From assembly GCA_964593375.1 (NCBI GenBank), contig CAZQIF010000002.1:7197-71196 (forward strand): a stretch of 64,000 bases of DNA, given 5' to 3'. This document shows positions 7,695 through 17,275 of this stretch, piece after piece (position 1 is the first letter of the stretch; each line of letters begins with the position of its first letter). The stretch is from an uncultured Candidatus Saccharibacteria bacterium. Lineage in GTDB: Bacteria; Patescibacteriota; Minisyncoccia; Phycocordibacterales; UBA918. The notes under the pieces were generated by a model. The model did no database searches, had not been told where the DNA came from, and was given only the letters and a program-made list of their open reading frames with translations. The position numbers and the translations under genes are program-made.

Positions 7695-10226
7695 CTATTT
7701 CTCAATTATCTTCCAACTCCCCTCTGCAATAAGTTGCTCAGCTTTCTTAAATTTCAATTCTTTTATTTCGTCCCCGTTCGTAATTTTAACCATTTCATTT
7801 CGTCCAATTTTTTCTTCATGACGAACTGGCTCTGATGTTCTCCTGCTTCCACCCCCCGCCTCAACACCCCCGCCTGCAAGTTGTGCATGGGCCTGTGCTT
7901 TTCGAAGCTCCTCTTCTTCCTTCTCAACAGCAGAAACTTGAACAACTGGAATGAGTTCAGCAACACGATGGAGCGCTGCTTCTTCCATCTCTTTAAAGAG
8001 CCGAATGCCTTCCTTGCGATACTCGATGAGGGGATCCTGTTGGCCATAGGCGCGCAGGCTCACGCTTGAGCGCGTTTGTTGCATCACCTCGAGATGCTCA
8101 ACCCAGAGAATATCACTCACCTGGAGCATGAGCCTGCGCGCGATTTCATACCATTTCTCTTCACCAAGCTCACGCTTACGTGCCTCAATGCCTTCTTTCA
8201 CCTGTGGTGCATATGTCACCACTTCCTCAAGGAGTGCCTCAACATCATCATGTGCGCCAAGAAGGAGTCGATTCCTTCTATCATAAATAATTTGACGTTG
8301 TTGGTTGAGCACGTTGTCGTACGCGAGTACGTGCTTACGAGCATCAAAATGGAATCCTTCAATTTTCTTTTGTGCAGACTCGAGTGAGCGGGTAATCATG
8401 CTGTTTTCGATTGGCTGGTCTTCAGGGATACCAAAACGCCCCATCATGTTTTTGACCATATCGCTCGCAAATACGCGCATGAGGGAGTCTTCCATCGAGA
8501 CAAAGAATTGTGTTTCACCCAAATCACCCTGACGGCCGGCACGTCCGCGAAGCTGATTGTCGATACGTCGTGCCTCATGGCGCTCAGTACCCAAGACAAA
8601 GAGCCCACCGAGTGCACGCACTTCATCGGCTGCTTCTTTCGTTGCATTCGTGCCTCCGAGCTTAATGTCGACCCCACGACCCGCCATGTTGGTTGCAAGC
8701 GTCACACAGCCCTTTTTACCCGCATCAGCAATGATTTCACCTTCCCGCTCGTGATTCTTCGCATTGAGCATTTGGTGCGGTACGCCGGCTTTAGTGAGCT
8801 CAATACCGAATAGTTCATTTTTATCGATAGATGCGGTACCGATGAGTACTGGTTGCCCCTTTTCATGGAGTTCTTTCACCTTACGAATCACCGCCTGAAT
8901 CTTGCCCTTCTCTGTCTGGAAAATGAGGTCATTTCTATCAATACGCCTCACCGGCAAGTGTGTCGGGACAGGAATCACATCAAGTTTGTACACTGAGTAA
9001 AACTCTTCTTGCGAAGTAAGCGCCGTACCGGTCATACCCGCAAGCTTCTTGTACATACGGAAATAGTTCTGAAATGTAATCGACGCATACGTGCGTGACT
9101 CCTTTTGAATAGTCACACCTTCTTTTGCTTCGACTGCCTGATGGAGACCGTCTGACCATCTGCGTCCGGGTTGGAGTCGCCCCGTGAACTCATCGACAAT
9201 GACAACTTCATTATCCTTAACCACATACTCTTTATCGCGCATGTAGAGTGCCTTCGCGCGCACTGCAGTCTCAAGGTGGTGTACGTACTTAATACCACGG
9301 TCAGTGTAGATGTTCCCAATACCGAGAATTTTCTCAGCAGCCTCAACTCCTTCATCGGTAAGGGTTGCACTCTTCAACTTCTCATCAATGAGATAGTGCA
9401 CTTCCGGTTTAAGCTGATTCGCAATTTTTGCAAAAATCGTATAGAGATCTTCAGAATCCTGTGCGGGTGCAGAAATAATAAGTGGCGTACGCGCCTCGTC
9501 GATAAGAATAGAGTCAACCTCGTCGATGATTGCAAAGGAGTGTATGCGCTGGCGAAGATTCTCTGCATCAAATTCAATATTGTCGCGGAGGTAATCAAAA
9601 CCATACTCGTTGTTCGTTCCATACGTGATGTCGGCATCATATGCTTCACGTCGTGAACATGGTCGCAAAAAATCATACACAATTTTAAATGAACCTTGTG
9701 AATCACGTTCATCATCTTTGTTTTGATGATCAGCATCGTATCGATATGATTCGTTTTGATTGATGACACCAATCGTGAGTCCGAGTTTTGCATACACCTG
9801 TCCCATCCACACGGCGTCACGGCGTGCGAGATAATCGTTTACCGTGACCACATGCACTCCTTCACCAGTGAGTGCGTTTAAGTACGCGGGCAATGTTCCC
9901 ACAAGTGTTTTTCCTTCACCGGTGCGCATCTCAGTAATTTTTCCACGATGGAGAATCACACCACCGATGAGCTGTTCATCGTAGTGGCGCTGACCGAGGG
10001 TTCGCGTACTCGCTTCACGAACAAGCGCGAATGCTTCCGGCAAAATATCATCGAGTGTTTTCTTCAGGGTGAGTGCTTGTTTTAACTCGAGTGTTTTCGC
10101 TTTAAGCGCATCGTCAGAGAGCGATTTTATATCCGCTTCCAAAGCGTTGATTTTCTTAATTATAGGGCTTATTTCCTTGAGTTCTTTCTCATAGGTTGGG
10201 CCGAAAAATTTATCTAGAAACGACAT
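7695..10226 (-). CDS. secA: Preprotein translocase ATPase SecA
   Basis: 843 aa. The N-terminus is MSFLDKFFGPTYEKELK. Motifs present include the DEAD-like motor (MRTGEGKTL, VTVNDYLARRD, the Walker B region) and the preprotein cross-linking and helical scaffold regions. Confidence 0.95.
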   Translation of the reverse strand: MSFLDKFFGPTYEKELKEISPIIKKINALEADIKSLSDDALKAKTLELKQALTLKKTLDDILPEAFALVREASTRTLGQRHYDEQLIGGVILHRGKITEMRTGEGKTLVGTLPAYLNALTGEGVHVVTVNDYLARRDAVWMGQVYAKLGLTIGVINQNESYRYDADHQNKDDERDSQGSFKIVYDFLRPCSRREAYDADITYGTNNEYGFDYLRDNIEFDAENLRQRIHSFAIIDEVDSILIDEARTPLIISAPAQDSEDLYTIFAKIANQLKPEVHYLIDEKLKSATLTDEGVEAAEKILGIGNIYTDRGIKYVHHLETAVRAKALYMRDKEYVVKDNEVVIVDEFTGRLQPGRRWSDGLHQAVEAKEGVTIQKESRTYASITFQNYFRMYKKLAGMTGTALTSQEEFYSVYKLDVIPVPTHLPVRRIDRNDLIFQTEKGKIQAVIRKVKELHEKGQPVLIGTASIDKNELFGIELTKAGVPHQMLNAKNHEREGEIIADAGKKGCVTLATNMAGRGVDIKLGGTNATKEAADEVRALGGLFVLGTERHEARRIDNQLRGRAGRQGDLGETQFFVSMEDSLMRVFASDMVKNMMGRFGIPEDQPIENSMITRSLESAQKKIEGFHFDARKHVLAYDNVLNQQRQIIYDRRNRLLLGAHDDVEALLEEVVTYAPQVKEGIEARKRELGEEKWYEIARRLMLQVSDILWVEHLEVMQQTRSSVSLRAYGQQDPLIEYRKEGIRLFKEMEEAALHRVAELIPVVQVSAVEKEEEELRKAQAHAQLAGGGVEAGGGSRRTSEPVRHEEKIGRNEMVKITNGDEIKELKFKKAEQLIAEGSWKIIEK

Positions 10227-10305
10227 TTTATATATACTAAATCAAAAGTCCTCATAGCATACCATGAAATGAGCCACGGAACAGATTCATCATAATTGGT
10301 CATTG

Positions 10306-10357
10306 GCAAGCACAAAACAAAACACTCTCTGCCGTCAGAGAGTGTTTTGTTTTGTGC
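10306..10357. promoter_or_regulatory. Exceptionally long perfect hairpin (23-bp stem, 5-nt loop) between small K-rich ORF and secA start
   Basis: aagcacaaaacaaaacactctct-gccgt-agagagtgttttgttttgtgctt. It lies about 80 nt upstream of the secA ATG on the minus strand and about 20 nt downstream of the K-rich ORF stop. It could act as a terminator/attenuator or processing site. Confidence 0.4.
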
Positions 10358-10375
10358 TTTAGAAACCCGGTGCGA

Positions 10376-10483
10376 TTATTTTCGCTTTGCAGCTACCTTT
10401 CGCTTTGCGGTCTTCTTTGCAGCTTTCTTTTTTGCTGGTGCCTTCTTAGCAACCTTCTTAGCAGCTTTCTTTTTTGCTGGCAT
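10376..10483 (-). CDS. Small lysine/alanine-rich basic protein (35 aa), histone H1/Hc1-like low-complexity
   Basis: Minus-strand translation is MPAKKKAAKKVAKKAPAKKKAAKKTAKRKVAAKRK*. It is below the ORF-track length cutoff. The plus-strand ORF 10296..10511 is its Phe/Ala-rich antisense. An AT-rich putative promoter region lies upstream (10490-10740). Confidence 0.35.
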   Translation of the reverse strand: MPAKKKAAKKVAKKAPAKKKAAKKTAKRKVAAKRK

Positions 10484-10743
10484 TTTGAAATTGAAAATCT
10501 TAATTAATTAACAACTCGACCGCATCGTTCTCCTACAAAGAGCATTGTGTTGAGAGAATCTTTGCTTACATACATTATCAAACAAAAAAATATTTATCAC
10601 AATGAAAAATAAAAAAATTGTGTGGATAATTATTTTAAAAAATATTTTTTAAAATAATATTTTATTTTTTTGTGATGCGAAAAAATTTGAAAATATTTTC
10701 TGCACGAATTTTTTTCTTCAGAAAAAATTTCGTGCATACTCAC

Positions 10744-11841
10744 TCACCCCATCATGCACACCTCCTCTTCTATCATGACTCCAAATTCAGTAAAAATAGT
10801 TTCTTTGATATGGGTCGCAAATGCTTCCATATCCGCTGCAGTACCACCTTTCACATTAATAAGTGATAGGGAGTGGAGTGGTGAAATTCCAACTGTTTCA
10901 TTAAATAGTTTCCCTGCAAAGCTTGTCTTGTTATATGGGGTACATTCCATGAGAAATGCTGTTGAAACCTTCACTTTTTTATCAGGGAGGACCCAGTACC
11001 ATGGTGTAAGTTTCTCTGATTTTTCGGGGTACTTTTCCTCAACTTTTGCGAGCACTGTTTTAAATGTTTCTGAATCAATAATCGTGTTTCTAAAAAATGA
11101 ACCTGCTGACTGATACATACCCTCAAGCATGCCAATGTTTTTTCTAATGGTGAGTACTACACGGCGAACATCACTCGGCGTTGGACTCTTGATTCCCTCT
11201 TCTGTAAGCAATCGTTCTATACTTTGCGAAGAACTTTTGTAGGTTGTGTGCACATCTTTTTTTTGAGAAAGTCTGAACGTAACGTGCGTGATGATACATT
11301 TTTTTCCTTCTTGTGTTTTAAAAAAACTATTGCGATATGCGAATTGACAATCATCATGCATCAAATATTTTTTTTCTTTTGTTGTTACGTCGAATACATC
11401 GACACTCGTAATGACGTCACCAACCGAAACACCGTACGCGTTGATATTTTGAATGGGAGCAGAACCGACACACCCAGGAATTCCTGATAGATTCTCAGGA
11501 CCCCATAAACCCTTTTCAGTCATTTCTTCGACAAACGCATCCCATGGTTCCCCTGCGCCGACATGAACCTCAACATATTCGGATGTGTCCGTTTTAATCT
11601 CGAAGCCACGGAGCTTCATGTGTATCACAAGTCCGCGTACACCTTCGTCTCTAATGAGTACATTTGAACCACCTCCCAGAGTGGTTACAGAAACTCCTTT
11701 CTCCTCTGCCCACAACACCGCCTCTTGGAGTTCCCCCAGAGTGGTAACTTCCACAAAAAATTCCGCGTTCCCGCCAATATGAAATGTCGTGAGCGGTGCA
11801 AGTGGAACGTTTTCTTTAATATGAATAGCCATAAACGACAA
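10744..11841 (-). CDS. murB: UDP-N-acetylenolpyruvoylglucosamine reductase (MurB), long form
   Basis: The FAD-binding domain PLAPLTTFHIGGNAEFFVEV...TTLGGGSNVLI and the downstream substrate-binding domain are typical of MurB. The start may be the internal MAIHIK (11830). Confidence 0.85.
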   Translation of the reverse strand: MSFMAIHIKENVPLAPLTTFHIGGNAEFFVEVTTLGELQEAVLWAEEKGVSVTTLGGGSNVLIRDEGVRGLVIHMKLRGFEIKTDTSEYVEVHVGAGEPWDAFVEEMTEKGLWGPENLSGIPGCVGSAPIQNINAYGVSVGDVITSVDVFDVTTKEKKYLMHDDCQFAYRNSFFKTQEGKKCIITHVTFRLSQKKDVHTTYKSSSQSIERLLTEEGIKSPTPSDVRRVVLTIRKNIGMLEGMYQSAGSFFRNTIIDSETFKTVLAKVEEKYPEKSEKLTPWYWVLPDKKVKVSTAFLMECTPYNKTSFAGKLFNETVGISPLHSLSLINVKGGTAADMEAFATHIKETIFTEFGVMIEEEVCMMG

Positions 11842-12377
11842 AGCTCATCTCCCGAGATGGCCAGTAGGTGCAAAGCTCCAAATTATATGAAAGTCTAATA
11901 TTGTGAGTGCCGCTACTAGCCATCTTGATAGACGAGCTCCTATTAGTATACACCCGAGGCGAGATATGCGAATGTGCTATTCCCAAGTAAGTGAGGTCGG
12001 AAATTTTTTGTTTGGGATAACTCTGCTGAAACAAAAACCGCCCTACGGGCGCTGTAAATCCTACGGATTCTGTTCAGGTTGACGCTATTTTTCAAAATAG
12101 CTGGCAACCTCCCTAAATCAGAATCAAATTCTGATTTAGCCTTGTCGATATTTTACTTTCGGCATTCGCCTCAAAAAATATCAGTCAAGGTCTTGCGACA
12201 GTCCACTGGACTGTCTCACCCCACTCCTTCTGGGGTGGGAATTTTTTCGTTATGAGGTAAACCCTCATAACGAAAAAATCCCCACCCCAGGGATTTTTCC
12301 GTAGACTTTCATTTTTTCGAGTACTACGGTGTAGCACTCTTGTCTATAAGTATACGATTCGTTATTACTCTCCGCAA

Positions 12378-14606
12378 CTACGGCTTCTTGATTTCAACAG
12401 CCTTCCCATCAATCTTCACCTCAGGCTGTGCGTTGGTATTATTCTTTGCGAGAAGACTTGCAATGAATTGTTCTGACTGACCTTTGAAGTCAGGGATGTC
12501 TTCCCCCGCCTTCGAAAGTACGCCGATTGCAGCCATCGTGTCCCCTGCCTCATCAAGAATGAATGCAAGGTTGACACGCACCTGTGGGTCAGTAGGATTC
12601 TTCAAAATGCGTGCATTGAAGATTTCTTTGAGCATATCATATTGCTTCATTTTGTATGCCGCCTGTACCGCTAAATCGTTCGCATACAGCTGGTCTTTGA
12701 GCCCATCCGTGTTGATGACCTCTGCAACAATTTCTGGCTTTCCAGCATACATTGCAGCTACTGCATAAAATACCGCCGCTTCAGTATATGACGGAGCAAG
12801 ATCATATGCTTCTTTGAAGATTCCAAGTGCTGTTTCATAATCTTCCTTTTGGAGGTATGCAAGCCCTTGCTCAAAGATAATTTGCTGTTTCTTAGGAGAA
12901 AGTTCACGCGCTATAGCGAGTTGTTCAATCGCTTTATCCACTTCTCCCGTCATACGATAAAACGAACTAATGAATACGTGCACGCGCGCATCACCTGGTT
13001 TTTCATCTATCTGCTTCAAAAGCTCCTCTTCGGTACGCGCTTTCATTTTTTGCTTTAGCTCATCGCTCGCATCAGGTGATTGAAGAATTGTCTGGGTTTG
13101 ACGCGTGAGCTGTTCACGAATTTCCTGATTACCAAAGGAACCACGACTGAGTGCAGTGTCAAACTCCTTAAGCATTGCTTCGGGACTCTTCGCGGAAAAC
13201 GCCCTAATGATACCTTGTGCTGCCTGAATACCAGGGACGTTTACAAAGTAAATAACCGCGACAAGTGCCACTGCAACGAGCGGGGCGGTGACTTGCTCAA
13301 CAACACGTATGTCAAACTTTCGTGTTTTGAGTGTGCCAATATCAGTTGCAACACGAGAGTGAATAAATGCGAGTATTGTGCCGAAGAAAACATAACTCAC
13401 GATGTTGTCGAACACGAAGATATTGTGGAAGACATACCCCGCAAGAAGACCCAGGAGCACACCGCGCTCAATAACCGTAAACGATTCGTCATTTTTAATA
13501 AGCGGACGAATGAAGAGGTAGAAGATTGCTGAGAGCAAAATCCCGAAGTACGCAATAAATCCAAGGACACCCCCTGCGACGAGCCAGTCGAATGCAATAT
13601 CGTGCACACGGTCGTACCATGATTCAGCGAAGTAAATTGATGGGTCGTACTGTTTGTTGAAGATGTAGTTGAAGTTACTCTGACCCCATCCGAGCACAGG
13701 GCGTTCCTTAAAGCCTTCCCACGCCATGTGCCAAATCTTAAAGCGCACACCACCTTCACTGAGGGTTATATTTGCTACGCGACCAAGGTACGGGTTGTTT
13801 TGGATGACTTCTGATTGGCGAAATGTGACAAAAAGACCCACAAGTACTACAAGCGCAATGAGTCCACCTGCAGCCGCTTTGCGAATACCTGGGTGTTCTT
13901 TGGTGAAGAGGGCGATGTACGCGGTTGTAATACCAAGTCCGCCCACCATACCAAGAATACTACCGCGGGTTGCTGTTTGGATGAGCAGATACACAAAGAG
14001 TAGCGTGAGTGATCCATAGAGATACCGCATACCCTGCGACTTTGTACGAAGAAGCATAAAGAGCGCAATGAAGACATGGAAGAGCATGTAGATTGCCATG
14101 TACGCGGAGTTGCCCAAGGTACCGTCAAGACGCCACCCTCCCTGATTGATGGTGATGTTTCCTGAAAGTTGGGCAAAGGCATAGAGCGCAAGAATCACCG
14201 CCGAAAGGAGTGTTGTGTTGAAGAATCGGCTCCAGAGTTTATCCGTCGTGAGCACACTTCCTACCACAAGCATGTAGAGGAAGGTGTGTACCAAGGTGAC
14301 ATACCCTTCCATACGCTCGAAGTTACTCCAGAAACTTGAGAGTGGATGTTCACCAAAGAGATTCGCAAAAAACATTACCACAAGGAGTGCACTGAAACTC
14401 CCGAGTATCCATGAAAACTTGGGGCGATACACCGGCTCATAGAGGGCGAGAATAATCCACGCAGCAAAAATTATTTCAACTATTATTCTAAACATGAAGT
14501 TCTTTCCCGTAATAAAGGGGAAGAACATCGAGTTGGCAATAATGAGGGGTATAAATGGAATGGCGAATATACCGAGGTATACCGCTCCTTTGACAATATC
14601 TTTCAT
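12378..14606 (-). CDS. O-antigen ligase (Wzy_C/WaaL-like) family polytopic membrane protein with C-terminal TPR repeat domain
   Basis: About 10 TM helices. The Wzy_C-like core is TATRGSILGMVGGLGI...RFKIWHMAWEGFKERPVLGWGQSNF. The C-terminal 300 aa carries TPR-like repeats (AYLQKEDYETALGIFKEAYDLAPSY..., AAYKMKQYDMLKEIFNARILKNP). This architecture is common in CPR genomes. Confidence 0.7.
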   Translation of the reverse strand: MKDIVKGAVYLGIFAIPFIPLIIANSMFFPFITGKNFMFRIIVEIIFAAWIILALYEPVYRPKFSWILGSFSALLVVMFFANLFGEHPLSSFWSNFERMEGYVTLVHTFLYMLVVGSVLTTDKLWSRFFNTTLLSAVILALYAFAQLSGNITINQGGWRLDGTLGNSAYMAIYMLFHVFIALFMLLRTKSQGMRYLYGSLTLLFVYLLIQTATRGSILGMVGGLGITTAYIALFTKEHPGIRKAAAGGLIALVVLVGLFVTFRQSEVIQNNPYLGRVANITLSEGGVRFKIWHMAWEGFKERPVLGWGQSNFNYIFNKQYDPSIYFAESWYDRVHDIAFDWLVAGGVLGFIAYFGILLSAIFYLFIRPLIKNDESFTVIERGVLLGLLAGYVFHNIFVFDNIVSYVFFGTILAFIHSRVATDIGTLKTRKFDIRVVEQVTAPLVAVALVAVIYFVNVPGIQAAQGIIRAFSAKSPEAMLKEFDTALSRGSFGNQEIREQLTRQTQTILQSPDASDELKQKMKARTEEELLKQIDEKPGDARVHVFISSFYRMTGEVDKAIEQLAIARELSPKKQQIIFEQGLAYLQKEDYETALGIFKEAYDLAPSYTEAAVFYAVAAMYAGKPEIVAEVINTDGLKDQLYANDLAVQAAYKMKQYDMLKEIFNARILKNPTDPQVRVNLAFILDEAGDTMAAIGVLSKAGEDIPDFKGQSEQFIASLLAKNNTNAQPEVKIDGKAVEIKKP

Positions 14607-14664
14607 CCTGATGGCAATTAGTTACTCATAAACTTAATGCCAAGAACTATACCATATCTCCTGC

Positions 14665-14800
14665 TAGGGTGAGAATACTACTAGTTTGTCGCAAAATGCC
14701 TCATGGGCTTTTCCTACTGAAACTGTCCACTCACTCCGTCCTTTCTCCCTTCAGTCGAAATTACTGGAGTGAGTCTTGCGAACGTGCCTCGCACGTTCTC
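14665..14800 (-). ncRNA. Candidate structured RNA / 5' leader (nested helices) upstream of the O-antigen-ligase-like gene
   Basis: A closing helix gggtgagaa(14666-14674)/ttctcaccc(14792-14800) encloses helix ccactcactcc/ggagtgagt(gg) and hairpin gaacgtgc-ctc-gcacgttc. The strand assignment is a guess. No known riboswitch consensus was recognised. Confidence 0.2.
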
Positions 14801-14925
14801 ACCCCGAGGCTGAATGCGACATTATATATGCATCGTCGGCGGACGATTCCTCTGCTAGAACAAACACCAGGTTCCGCCCGCAGTGCCTCGTCGGATTTGC
14901 TGTGAGGTACTGAGGGCGGATGTTT

Positions 14926-16581
14926 TTACTTCCGCGAGATAATCCCACGAGAATGCAAGTAGTCAACAATCTCGTCCACGAGCCCCTCGGGGGTGTTTTC
15001 TTCAGTTTTAAGGGTAAGTTCTGGGTGTTCGGGTACTTCGTAGGGGTCATCAACACCGGTAAAGTTCTTTATGAGGCCTTTCCGTGCCTTTTCATAGAGC
15101 CCCTTCGTGTCCCTGCGCGCGCACTCTTCGATTGACGTATCAACAAAAATTTCAATGAATTCACCATAGTGCTCCACACGGTTGCGCACATGTCGTCGCG
15201 CTTCACGGTATGGTGCGATGAGGGAGCAAATCACGATGCCACCATGGCGCGCAATTTCGCTCGCGACAAAACCCACACGCTTCACGTTTTCATCACGATC
15301 TTCTTTTGAGAAGCCGAGGCCTTTTGAGAGATGGTTTCGAATTTCATCGCCATCAAGAAAGGTGACTTCCCTGTCTTGGAGTTCTTGAAGCCGTGCAAGA
15401 AGGAGTTGTGCGAGCGTTGATTTTCCAGAACACGAAAGTCCCGTGAAAAAGAGGACAATACCGGGGCGTGTGTCGCGTTTGACGCTCTCGCGGAGAATAT
15501 CGATACTCTCTTTAAATGAGAACCATTCAGGAATAGCTTCGCCCTCTCGAAGCTTGCGTCTAAATTCGGTACCAGAAATATTTTCAATTTCATCATCGGG
15601 TGTCACTTCATTCGTTGCAACATACGCACCACGCGTCTTTGAGTACGCGAGCTCGTCAGAGTCAACAATAATGATGCCTACTTCGTCGGCACACTTAAGT
15701 GCAAGCGCGCGTGCCTCATACGGACCATAGAAATCTTTCCCGTCGCTTCCCTTACCTGGGCCCGCGTGGTCACGCCCCACAATAAAGTGGGTGCACCCGT
15801 AGTTCTTTCGAATGATTGAGTGCCAGACTGCCTCACGGGGCCCCGCCATACGCATGGCAAGTGGAAGAAGTGAAAGTTCGGTGAAATCCTTACCGTAGGT
15901 ATTGCACACGATGTTGTACGTGCGTACACGGGTCACATAATCAATGTCGCCTGGTTTTGTCATCCCCACAACCGGATGCACGAGTACCGGCGCACCAATT
16001 TTTTGATTCGCGCGCTTCACGAGCTCAAAATGCGCACGGTGCATCGGATTGCGCGTTTGAAAACCAACCACCTTGTCCCATCCACGCTCTTTAAACAGTG
16101 CCTTGAGCTCTGCGGGTGTCTTTCTGAATTGTTTAAAATCGTTTCGCACGGGAAGCGCAATTTTTGTCACTGGGCCACCAATATAGGTATCCTGCATTTC
16201 ATCAAGCACATATTGCACGCCGGGGTGCATCTTATCGTTCGAGCCATACACATCGAGTACCTCTTTGAGTTTGTCGGGCATATAGCGAGAAGTGATATCC
16301 ATCGTCGCAAGTGGATTTCCGAACGGGTCACAGAGCAAAATACGGTCCCCAACCTTGTGTGGACTACTCGAAGGAATATCGAGCACAATCGGAATAGGAA
16401 AAATAGCACCATTCTTTAGATGCATCGTTTCAACAACAGACGTGTAGTCCTCTTCATTCATGAATCCAACGACCGGATGAAAACCGCCGACGAGCATGAC
16501 CTCAAGGTCATGGAGTGGTCGACCCTTTAAGTTAAGGCGTGGGAGATTAAGAATGTCGTCGTTGTTTTTGGTGTCTGGCAT
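14926..16581 (-). CDS. sat/cysC: Bifunctional sulfate adenylyltransferase (ATP sulfurylase) / adenylylsulfate (APS) kinase, for PAPS synthesis
   Basis: The N-terminal domain carries ATP-sulfurylase motifs (GFQTRNPMHRAHFEL, GRDHAGPG). The C-terminal domain is an APS kinase (GLSCSGKSTLA Walker A, FVDTSIEECARRD). Confidence 0.9.
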   Translation of the reverse strand: MPDTKNNDDILNLPRLNLKGRPLHDLEVMLVGGFHPVVGFMNEEDYTSVVETMHLKNGAIFPIPIVLDIPSSSPHKVGDRILLCDPFGNPLATMDITSRYMPDKLKEVLDVYGSNDKMHPGVQYVLDEMQDTYIGGPVTKIALPVRNDFKQFRKTPAELKALFKERGWDKVVGFQTRNPMHRAHFELVKRANQKIGAPVLVHPVVGMTKPGDIDYVTRVRTYNIVCNTYGKDFTELSLLPLAMRMAGPREAVWHSIIRKNYGCTHFIVGRDHAGPGKGSDGKDFYGPYEARALALKCADEVGIIIVDSDELAYSKTRGAYVATNEVTPDDEIENISGTEFRRKLREGEAIPEWFSFKESIDILRESVKRDTRPGIVLFFTGLSCSGKSTLAQLLLARLQELQDREVTFLDGDEIRNHLSKGLGFSKEDRDENVKRVGFVASEIARHGGIVICSLIAPYREARRHVRNRVEHYGEFIEIFVDTSIEECARRDTKGLYEKARKGLIKNFTGVDDPYEVPEHPELTLKTEENTPEGLVDEIVDYLHSRGIISRK

Positions 16582-16674
16582 ACGAATTGAAATTGATTGT
16601 GTCGGTCACTATTAATAAGCACACAGAGTATAACCGAACTTTGCGAAAAAAGTTACTCATTATAGGAACGACGG

Positions 16675-16701
16675 CACCGGCGCCCCGTAGGGGCGCCGGT
16701 G
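16675..16701 (-). terminator. GC-rich perfect 12-bp hairpin downstream of the yafQ-like toxin gene
   Basis: caccggcgcccc-gta-ggggcgccggtg. On the minus strand a T-run (aacttttttcgc) follows about 20 nt later. Confidence 0.4.
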
Positions 16702-16720
16702 TTCGTGGTAGTAAACTCCC

Positions 16721-16990
16721 CTATTCAAACAAATCAGAATGTGAACCTGTACGATACAAATGTACCGCAGTTTGTGTCACTTCATAAAGTAATAACCAGT
16801 CAGGCGCAATGTGACATTCAGTAACTCCCCTAAACTCACCCACAAGCACATGCGGAACTGCATTTGGTGGCAAAGGAGTTCCGACTACAAGTGCCCGAAC
16901 AATTCGAATAATCTTTTCTTGCATCCATCCACGTTTGGATACTCGCTTGAGGTCTTTTTTGAAGCGTGACGCTTGAACTATGGTGCACAT
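16721..16990 (-). CDS. yafQ: Type II toxin, YafQ-like (RelE/ParE superfamily mRNA interferase)
   Basis: FKKDLKRVSKRG...PLPPNAVPHVLVGEFRGVTECHIAPDWLLLYEVTQTAVHLYRTGSHSDLFE parallels E. coli YafQ (KDVKLAQKR...LPAVYKDHPLQGSWKGYRDAHVEPDWILIYKL...RFERTGTHAALF). It lies 12 nt downstream of the DinJ-like gene. Confidence 0.8.
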   Translation of the reverse strand: MCTIVQASRFKKDLKRVSKRGWMQEKIIRIVRALVVGTPLPPNAVPHVLVGEFRGVTECHIAPDWLLLYEVTQTAVHLYRTGSHSDLFE

Positions 16991-17002
16991 GAATACAAAA
17001 CA

Positions 17003-17269
17003 CTAAGGTAACTGCTTCTCCCACTCGCCGAGTGACTTAAAAACCGTTACATGCTCACCTTTGCGAGCAGACTTGATAGCTCGAACAGATTCAACATTTG
17101 GTACATGAAGTGAAAATGGTATTCCCTGTTCCGCAACAATTTTTCGATAAAACACATTAATGGCCTCAGAGGAGGAGATGCCAAGCGTACGCAAAACACG
17201 CTCTGCTTGCGACTTAACTTTTGGTTCAATGCGCGCCCGTACGGTTGCTGTTTTTAAGTTTGTCTTCAT
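17003..17269 (-). CDS. dinJ: Type II antitoxin, DinJ/RelB-like
   Basis: ...TVRARIEPKVKSQAERVLRTLGISSSEAINVFYRKIVAEQGIPFSLHVPN... matches DinJ (VRARIDEDLKNQAADVLAGMGLTISDLVRITLTKVAREKALPF). It is 88 aa. Confidence 0.8.
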   Translation of the reverse strand: MKTNLKTATVRARIEPKVKSQAERVLRTLGISSSEAINVFYRKIVAEQGIPFSLHVPNVESVRAIKSARKGEHVTVFKSLGEWEKQLP

Positions 17270-17275
17270 ATTTCT

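Noticed and set aside
7763-9820. Multiple 60-160-aa ORFs on both strands inside secA (for example 8076..8387, 9171..9656, 9374..9820)
   Set aside because: They are fully nested in the 843-aa SecA reading frame region. SecA has unmistakable conserved motifs and the nested ORFs have none.
10296-10511. 71-aa plus-strand ORF with FFAAFFFAGAF repeats
   Set aside because: It is the antisense reading of the Lys/Ala-rich codon repeats and runs through the 23-bp hairpin. The minus-strand K-rich peptide is the more plausible product, though neither is proven.
11842-12377. Possible tRNA/tmRNA/RNase P/SRP RNA in the long intergenic gaps (also 6773-7053, 14607-14925, 53613-53817)
   Set aside because: I scanned by eye for a T-loop GGTTCGAATCC-like box with an acceptor/CCA context, for an RNase P P4 AGGAAAGTCC, and for the SRP GGAAGCAGCC motif. 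None was found. Only generic hairpins are present, so no RNA gene is called.
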